Positions 57,012 through 64,000 of a stretch of DNA of 64,000 nt are shown piece after piece. A program made the position numbers and the translations under genes. Each line of letters begins with the position of its first letter. Within the stretch, counting starts at the first letter, position 1. Origin of the DNA: a virus. The notes beneath the pieces were generated by a model. It had not been told where the DNA came from. It ran no database searches and was given only the letters and a program-made list of their open reading frames with translations. Location: the IMG/VR virus record IMGVR_UViG_3300021963_000055, positions 1-64,000 of that record; one strand, written 5' to 3'.

Positions 57012-60000
57012 TTATACTGCAAGTGCAATAGCTCTAAAGTTTCTTATTTTTGGAATGTTTGTTTGATCATTACTGATCATACAAATTTTAATTGAAAATT
57101 GTTTAAATTCTGAAACATTTTTTAGTTCAAAATCGAAAGCTTTATAATCTTTTGAATTTAATGATTTTGGATATGATACTGCAGGAATTTCAATATAACT
57201 CATTGAATCAAAAGATCCTAAATTTCCTTCACTATATATTTTTGCAAATACTTTAATATCAGAATACTCTCCATTTAGTCCTTGTTCTCTAATTGCATCC
57301 AATAAAACTTTAATAGAAGTTGATGTATTTTGTAAAGTAATTTTTTTGGTAATATAAGAAGAATAAATTCCAGATAAAGGAGTAAGTTCTTGTGTTATAT
57401 CAATTTTATTATTAGCAATTTTTTTAATGATTCTATTTGAAACTGCAATCGCAGATGAACCATTAATATCTAATGCGGGACTGACATTATCTTTTTCTGT
57501 AGATAAATTTACATTTAATGTTAAAGATGCAGAATTTTCAGAACCAAAATACTGATTTGAATTAGTTGGAGATGCAACTAATCTAGAACTACTTAACTCA
57601 TTGTATTGTCTATTTTGTACTGACTGCTCAGAAATTCTTACAAATGAAGTTTCCGCTTGATAAGGACTGTTTGCACTAACGCTTTCAAGTCCAAAAGAGA
57701 CATTTGTAAATGGAATTGATAAAATATTTAAATTTGGATATAATTCTTCATACTGTATATTTCGTGAAGCTTTAATATAAATGCCTCCAGAAATTACATT
57801 AGAATTAGCATTCACTCCAGAACTAATTTTATATCTATCTAAATCAATAATTTGCGTAATTTTATGAATTTTATTAATTTGATTTAATGGAACTCCATTG
57901 ATAGAATAGCAATACAATACACTCCCTGCTGCATGTGTCGTTGCAGTTGTTCCAAACTGACCTCTTCCATCAGGAGGTATGGACAACGTAGTTCCAGATA
58001 TAGCAGTATATTTTATAATTTCATTATTTACTAAAATATATCCAGGGTTAGTTGCTGAAACAGGTGTCTCTGCTATAGTACTCCAAGTAGTATCGGAAGT
58101 ATTTCCTACATTTATAGCTCCACTTTGAGTCGCTGTTGTAATTGAAGTATTTAAAGATGTTACTAAAGCTTCTGAAACTACAGAAGAAATTTTGACATAA
58201 TTTTGAATACTATTCATTCCATGATTTGGATGATAGACTTCAATTGATCCTGAAGATTGAGTGAATTTTAATGCATTAGCAGGAAGAGTTACATCTGTCA
58301 CTGGACCATTTATTAGTTTACAATTATATGTCGTTTCAGTAACAAATTTGGCTCTATTGAGTGTAAATTTAAGATCTTCAAATTGATCTGGAGTCCATAC
58401 AGACATATTCTGAGATTTATAAAGAGAACCAGAATATGGTTGCTTGTCAATAATAAATCCTCCCAATACATCAGTTTCAGAAAGTCTTGAAATCCAAACT
58501 TTATAATTCTTGGAAGCACTTCTAACAATAAATGCGTATTCTGTATTCTGATTTAAATAAATTGGACATGGGAAGGTGAATCTAGTAGCAACAGAGCCAT
58601 TGTTTGATACATTTACATTTGCAGATTGAACAGTAGCAATACTATTTGGAACTACTGTATTTGTTAAAGTGCCATTTTCCATGGTTCTAACTTCAACAGA
58701 TACTGGAAGTATAGAATCTTTGGTCTGGAAATACAAATCAATAGATGTAGCAAAGATTCCACCTTCAATATCAACCAAGAATGATTGTGCTAAAGGATCT
58801 CTTCCTGCTGGAGCTGGTGGTGGAGGTGGTGGGAATGGAATAAATACCGTTCTTGTTCCAATACCTGCGGTAGAAGAAATTTGTGCAGTAGTAAGTGAAA
58901 CTACGTTACTAGTGAGAGATACGTTTGTACCTAGTGTATTGTAAGTTGTTTGAGCACTTGAATCAGAAATTCCGTAAATAGAAGTTCCTGTAATTTGATC
59001 ACATAGTTTAAATACAGTTTCTCCAGTTTGATATGTATTTGGTGGAATAACTAAAAATGCTTCAACTGTTCCATTTACATCTGACTTTACTCTAGGTCCA
59101 GTGAATTGAACAGTTCCAGTAGCTCCAGATGCCAATCCTCTAATCTGAATTGTATCAATAAGTGCAGTTGGATTGATTTCTGTACCATCTCTTGTAGTAA
59201 TGTTATCAATTTTTAGGAAAGTTGTTGTTGATGTGTAACTTCCTAGGGGAGATGTTACTACTATTCCTCTTACTGGATTTGTAGCATTTGTTGCAGGAGA
59301 GAAAATCTCTACAGTTTCGCCATTGACAAAAGCAACACCATTTCTATTAGTCATCCCAGTTATTTGTTTGGGGAAGATCATAGAATTATTTAATCTATCA
59401 TCAACAAAGAAATGGAATAGTGTATCTGGCTTTAGCTTTGTTGATGTAAGCTCAACAATTCTAGATCTAATAAATCTTTCTGCAGAGATATTATTGATAC
59501 TATCTCCAACTTGAATATCTTGTGTTACTGGTGTAAATGTATTATTTCCACCTGGAGTGTTTTGAACACTTAAAGTTCCTCCTCCAACTACAAGACGTGG
59601 AACAATGTTTCTATTCCAGTCATTCCATTGATCTGCAAGAGCAGAAGTTCTATCGAATAGTGCTCTTAGGGGCTGAGATAAATCAATTCGTTGGACTTCT
59701 CTTGCAGTTCTTACTGTATCGAACCAAACATCCTTTTCTGGTTCTAGTTGAATGTCGCCATACCATTGAATAACTTCAAATGGCTGAAGATTTTCAACTC
59801 TGCTTGCATAACTTTGAACAACAAATGGAGTCTCCGTATATGGGAGAGTAACTAAGCTACCAGTCTGCTTTGCTGTAAATCCAGAAGTTGCTGGTTTTAA
59901 CTGAATATTAGTAACATATGGATATGGTCTTAGTATAGCTTTTTCAGTGTCAATACATGCAGTATATGAAGTATTATTTAAATCGGCTAAATCTGTAGTT

Positions 60001-63000
60001 TTAAAATTATCTGCAACAAATCCAGTTTTAAATCTATTATTGCCATCTTCATCAACAATTGTTAAACTGTTAGTGCCAATTTCCAAAAGATTTAATGAAG
60101 TTAACTCTTCTACTGTTTCTAGACGTTTATCAATTAATCCAATATCTTTCATTGTATAACGTCTTGATTTAATGATTTCTAATGTAGAATCATTTACTGA
60201 TTTCATATATGGAGGTATTGTTAAAGTGCCAATATGTAAAGTATTTGGCACATCTTCAGGTTCTTTAGGAATTAAAGAATCTGAACCTTTTGCAATGATT
60301 ATATTTCCATTTTCATCAAGAAAAATTTTATCAATTCTTCCAAGATAATAATCATAATCTAAACTAATTATTTCTCCAGGAAATGCAAACGATGGAATTA
60401 CTCTGTATAAAGATAATACATCAAATGCAGAAGCAGATTCTTGATATGGAGTGATTAAAGAACCTCCAGAACCAGGGGAAGGAACAGTTTCAAATCTAAA
60501 ATCTACTATATTACTATATGGAGTTCCATCATAACATAGTGGAATTTCTGAATATTCAATTTGTGAAGTATCATATGAATTTGTAGAATAAAAATCATTA
60601 CTAGTATTATTATGAATAAAATAATCAAATACAACTATAAATTTATTTTGTGGAGTTGGGCTACTTGAACGTCTAACTAATTTGGAAATATTATAAAACT
60701 CAGGTCCATCATTTTTATTTAATATAAAATCATTTGTAATATCTTTATAATTTCCATTTGTAACAGAAGTAATAAATTTGCCAACTACTGGAGAAATGGA
60801 TGTTATATCTACTGATAAAGTTAAATTAGTTCCATTTTGAAATTTATTATCTGAAAGATATACAATATAGAGAGTATTTCCACTAATTGAAATAATTTTT
60901 GCTCTAATATTTTGGTATGATATAATATCTCCAGCTACTAATCCAGTGGAATCATTGATATTAATTTTATCAAATAAGTCTTGATTTGATGCTTGCGAAT
61001 TTAGTGCTTGTCTAATAGCATGAATTTTATATACATCTGGAAATTTTAAAGATATTTCATTATCTACAAATCTAGTTCCATATATTGTGTTTGTACTAGT
61101 TTTTAATTTATCAACTAGCAAAAAGTTAAATTTACTTGCAGATTTTGTTTTTAATGAAGGGTTATTAGATCTAACTTTATAAGTAATATTTACATTAGTA
61201 TTACTCAATGAATCGCTAACAAAAATATTTACAGATGATGGAGATATTGAAGAAGCAGAAAATTCAACAATTCCAGAACTATTTGTGATTATAATATCAT
61301 TGGGAGATATAGTAAAATTAGAAGTTGTGGAAATAGTAAATCCAGCATTTGAAACTAGTTTCGTTTCTGTTATGGCTTTATAATATGATAGATCTGAAGT
61401 TGTTTTGACAGAATTATTTGAAATTCTTGAGAAAAAATTTGTCCCTGAAGTTTTAACTTTAGGAATTAATTTTTTTACATTATAATAAACTCCATCAGCT
61501 ACAGTTTCAGTAATAGTTATTTCACTATCAGTAACATTAGTTACTGTAGCAACAGAAGTTCCAATCAATAGTTTCATAGGAACTTGAATTTCGGATGAAA
61601 ATCTTGATCCGATTCCAGATAAAGTATTTCCAATAACTTTAAATGAAGTTCCAGAAATTGATACTTGTTCTAATTTTACGCTTGAACTAAATCCAGGTGC
61701 GCTTAAATTTGTAATATTTTCAATATTATTTGCAATTACTGTGGATATAGTGTATGTTGAATTATTTTTGCTATTTGTAAATGTAGATCCTGGTAAAAGT
61801 GTTCCTGCAACTTGTCTTAATGTAAGGGTAGAACCATTAATTGAATCTATTACTGCACTTGCACCATTATTTGTAAAAATAAAATCTCCTATAGCTAATG
61901 CGGGAGAATTTTCAGATGTTGTAACAACAGTAAACATCGAAATATCTGCCAAATATAATTTTCCACCTACTATTAATGATAATGCTACTGCTTTACCAAT
62001 CGAAGTTTCTACACCGCTTGCAATTTTTTTTAGTGTTACTAAATTTCCTGGTAACACTGATCCCTGTATTGTTGTCGTATCTAATTCAATATAATTGCCA
62101 AATGCAGAAATTAATCCTTGATTATTAATTGCTAAAGATTTTCTTGGTTTTTCTATCGTTACATATTTTTTATCTGTGTTATTAATTTCAAATCCTTTTA
62201 CATATGCTTTTATGGGAGAAAGTTCCATAGTATAATAATTTCTTCCATCAATAGATTTCCCATCTGTAATACTTGGAGTTCTATTTAATACTACTGTTCC
62301 ATCTAGTAAAGTATCGTTATAAGAATATACACCATTATTTTCACCATCATTATAAGTTTCTCGTAAATTTAAGTTAAAATCTGTTACAGTATAATTTCCA
62401 GATTCATCAAAAGTTCTTCTGGCTAAGTTTTTTTCAAGTTGATTATATACAGAATTTTCTACTAATTTAGCTACTTTTCCTTCTTCTAGTCTGAGAAGTT
62501 CAATAAATGTAGAATCTGTAGGGAGATCAATATCTTGTTTAGATAAGATAGCTTCAATTTTTAATCTATCTGCTCCTGGTGCTGCAAAATTAGGAGAACC
62601 AATTGCATTATCATATAAAGAATTATCTTCGTCTGTAGTTACAACACTTTCTAATATAGATAATCCAATTTTATATGATGAAAAATTGTTATATTGATCT
62701 AAAATAATACTTTGTTCTGGAACTTCTACAAAAAATCCACGAATAAAATATACTCCAGCTGTAATATATGCGGCACTTCCGACAAATGATGTTGCATTTT
62801 GTGTTGCAGTTACAGCTACGGGATTGTTATTTTCATCTTGTAATATTTCTCCATTTGTAAATTTTGTTAATTGAACGCCATTTACAACATTTCCAGAAGC
62901 AACATATTTTACATATAATGTTGCTGTAGATTTATCAGATTGTGTGGCACTAATGCTATTTAAAACTTTAGCTTTAACTCCTGAAGTTTGACCCACTAAA

Positions 63001-63293
63001 GTTTTTTCTGTCAGATTAGTTCTAATGCTTTCAAATGATATTCCTCCAATTGATGGCTGAACTAAAACAGCCTGATATTGAAGGTCATACCCAACTTGTC
63101 CTGGAATTACTACAGAACCGTGTTTAAATATGTGCTTACCAAATTTTTCAATTTGTCCCTGAAGGATTGATTGTAGAGTAGTTAATTCTCTAGCTTGAAT
63201 AGGATAATTTGGTTTAAATAGTACCCTATAAAAATTTTTAGATGAATCAAAATCGTCAAAATATGGCTGCAAATTAAGATTAGTATCTTGCAT
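57012..63293 (-). CDS. Large virion structural protein (DUF4815/VrlC-like)
   Basis: PYFDDFD..KNFYRVLF.P...QARELT.LQS, APGADRLK, DPLAQSF. Confidence 0.9.
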   Translation of the reverse strand: MQDTNLNLQPYFDDFDSSKNFYRVLFKPNYPIQARELTTLQSILQGQIEKFGKHIFKHGSVVIPGQVGYDLQYQAVLVQPSIGGISFESIRTNLTEKTLVGQTSGVKAKVLNSISATQSDKSTATLYVKYVASGNVVNGVQLTKFTNGEILQDENNNPVAVTATQNATSFVGSAAYITAGVYFIRGFFVEVPEQSIILDQYNNFSSYKIGLSILESVVTTDEDNSLYDNAIGSPNFAAPGADRLKIEAILSKQDIDLPTDSTFIELLRLEEGKVAKLVENSVYNQLEKNLARRTFDESGNYTVTDFNLNLRETYNDGENNGVYSYNDTLLDGTVVLNRTPSITDGKSIDGRNYYTMELSPIKAYVKGFEINNTDKKYVTIEKPRKSLAINNQGLISAFGNYIELDTTTIQGSVLPGNLVTLKKIASGVETSIGKAVALSLIVGGKLYLADISMFTVVTTSENSPALAIGDFIFTNNGASAVIDSINGSTLTLRQVAGTLLPGSTFTNSKNNSTYTISTVIANNIENITNLSAPGFSSSVKLEQVSISGTSFKVIGNTLSGIGSRFSSEIQVPMKLLIGTSVATVTNVTDSEITITETVADGVYYNVKKLIPKVKTSGTNFFSRISNNSVKTTSDLSYYKAITETKLVSNAGFTISTTSNFTISPNDIIITNSSGIVEFSASSISPSSVNIFVSDSLSNTNVNITYKVRSNNPSLKTKSASKFNFLLVDKLKTSTNTIYGTRFVDNEISLKFPDVYKIHAIRQALNSQASNQDLFDKININDSTGLVAGDIISYQNIRAKIISISGNTLYIVYLSDNKFQNGTNLTLSVDITSISPVVGKFITSVTNGNYKDITNDFILNKNDGPEFYNISKLVRRSSSPTPQNKFIVVFDYFIHNNTSNDFYSTNSYDTSQIEYSEIPLCYDGTPYSNIVDFRFETVPSPGSGGSLITPYQESASAFDVLSLYRVIPSFAFPGEIISLDYDYYLGRIDKIFLDENGNIIIAKGSDSLIPKEPEDVPNTLHIGTLTIPPYMKSVNDSTLEIIKSRRYTMKDIGLIDKRLETVEELTSLNLLEIGTNSLTIVDEDGNNRFKTGFVADNFKTTDLADLNNTSYTACIDTEKAILRPYPYVTNIQLKPATSGFTAKQTGSLVTLPYTETPFVVQSYASRVENLQPFEVIQWYGDIQLEPEKDVWFDTVRTAREVQRIDLSQPLRALFDRTSALADQWNDWNRNIVPRLVVGGGTLSVQNTPGGNNTFTPVTQDIQVGDSINNISAERFIRSRIVELTSTKLKPDTLFHFFVDDRLNNSMIFPKQITGMTNRNGVAFVNGETVEIFSPATNATNPVRGIVVTSPLGSYTSTTTFLKIDNITTRDGTEINPTALIDTIQIRGLASGATGTVQFTGPRVKSDVNGTVEAFLVIPPNTYQTGETVFKLCDQITGTSIYGISDSSAQTTYNTLGTNVSLTSNVVSLTTAQISSTAGIGTRTVFIPFPPPPPPAPAGRDPLAQSFLVDIEGGIFATSIDLYFQTKDSILPVSVEVRTMENGTLTNTVVPNSIATVQSANVNVSNNGSVATRFTFPCPIYLNQNTEYAFIVRSASKNYKVWISRLSETDVLGGFIIDKQPYSGSLYKSQNMSVWTPDQFEDLKFTLNRAKFVTETTYNCKLINGPVTDVTLPANALKFTQSSGSIEVYHPNHGMNSIQNYVKISSVVSEALVTSLNTSITTATQSGAINVGNTSDTTWSTIAETPVSATNPGYILVNNEIIKYTAISGTTLSIPPDGRGQFGTTATTHAAGSVLYCYSINGVPLNQINKIHKITQIIDLDRYKISSGVNANSNVISGGIYIKASRNIQYEELYPNLNILSIPFTNVSFGLESVSANSPYQAETSFVRISEQSVQNRQYNELSSSRLVASPTNSNQYFGSENSASLTLNVNLSTEKDNVSPALDINGSSAIAVSNRIIKKIANNKIDITQELTPLSGIYSSYITKKITLQNTSTSIKVLLDAIREQGLNGEYSDIKVFAKIYSEGNLGSFDSMSYIEIPAVSYPKSLNSKDYKAFDFELKNVSEFKQFSIKICMISNDQTNIPKIRNFRAIALAV

Positions 63294-63338
63294 TTAGTTA
63301 AACCTTCAAGAATTTATGGTCGTTTTTTATTATTTATT

Positions 63339-64000
63339 TTAGAATTCTACTACTAATTTAATATCTTCAATTTGATCATTAGATCTGAAAACTGGTTTTC
63401 TATTTTCAATGTAAATAATTTTACCACTATATTTTTTAATTTCTCCGTTAGAATACCCGTTTACAAAGGTAGTTCCTGAAAGAACTGTCCCCACTGGAGT
63501 GCTATATGAAGTATCTGGCATTGCAGTAACATTACCTTGAGAAATTGCAAAATTACCAGAAAAATTAATAAATTTATCTTTATTTGCTCCTTCTTGAGTT
63601 TTATTGATATGCTCATTTTGATAATATTTTAAAATTTTATTCACTGAATCCCAATGAATAATTCTTCCTTTTGCACCAGTAGTTGGCTGAGTGATAATTT
63701 CTCCGTTTGTAAAATCATCAATCATTGTGGATGGAAATTTAATTGCTTTGCATACTGAAGCAGTAGGAGCAGTATAATCTAAATTTCCTATAGTTTGGGG
63801 ATCTTCAATAAGCCCAAATCTTCTAAATTGCATGTTGATTGGAATATCTCCATTTCCATCAAGAAAATCAAGACTTTTATTAATCATTACTCTATACCCT
63901 CCTAATTCGTAAATAGAATTTGATCCATGTCCGCCAGGAGGAGAAATAATAATTTCAAGTTTTGCAGTTGTTCCAAGACTAGTCACTGCACCAGATTGGG
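63339..64000 (-). CDS. gp8: Baseplate wedge subunit (3' part, truncated by window)
   Basis: IISPPGGHG, FRRFGLI.DP, YSG.IIYIENR.P..R..DQ.EDIKLVVEF. Confidence 0.88.
   Translation of the reverse strand, partial: QSGAVTSLGTTAKLEIIISPPGGHGSNSIYELGGYRVMINKSLDFLDGNGDIPINMQFRRFGLIEDPQTIGNLDYTAPTASVCKAIKFPSTMIDDFTNGEIITQPTTGAKGRIIHWDSVNKILKYYQNEHINKTQEGANKDKFINFSGNFAISQGNVTAMPDTSYSTPVGTVLSGTTFVNGYSNGEIKKYSGKIIYIENRKPVFRSNDQIEDIKLVVEF

Noticed and set aside
1-64000. CRISPR array or transposon
   Set aside because: No regularly spaced direct repeats or transposase seen by eye

Overview
A 64-kb segment of a T4-like cyanomyovirus, probably infecting a freshwater Synechococcus/Cyanobium-type host. Almost all genes are on the minus strand. 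From right to left: baseplate/neck/tail/head module (partial gp8, large DUF4815/VrlC-like protein, gp13-gp23, gp3); recombination and replication core (uvsY, uvsW, gp55, gp47/46, VWA-peptidase plus CobS-like AAA ATPase, gp45/44/62, regA, hsp20, gp43, uvsX, gp41, mazG, cytidylyltransferase-like, gp61, nrdA/B); candidate capsid-internal proteins; cell-wall enzymes; a cluster of 8 tRNAs interleaved with structured non-coding elements; and a host-like cluster (SLH mini-porin, hli, petF). Manual reading adds several features absent from the ORF track. (1) A likely programmed -1 frameshift (G GGA AAG plus a GC stem) that joins a conserved C-terminal domain to the ORF upstream of gp17. (2) A plus-strand cassette of NtcA box, tandem glutamine (glnA-type) riboswitch, DUF4278 peptide and basic peptide, mirroring host gifB/IF17 control of glutamine synthetase. 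(3) An NblA-like gene among the neck genes. (4) Apparent gp21-processed polyproteins with T4-type capsid-targeting sequences. (5) A manA-like RNA interrupted by an ORF, a tRNA mimic with a defective anticodon arm, a ROSE-like thermometer on hsp20, and a duplicated promoter element that may mark replication origins. Family names come from recalled motifs, not database searches.
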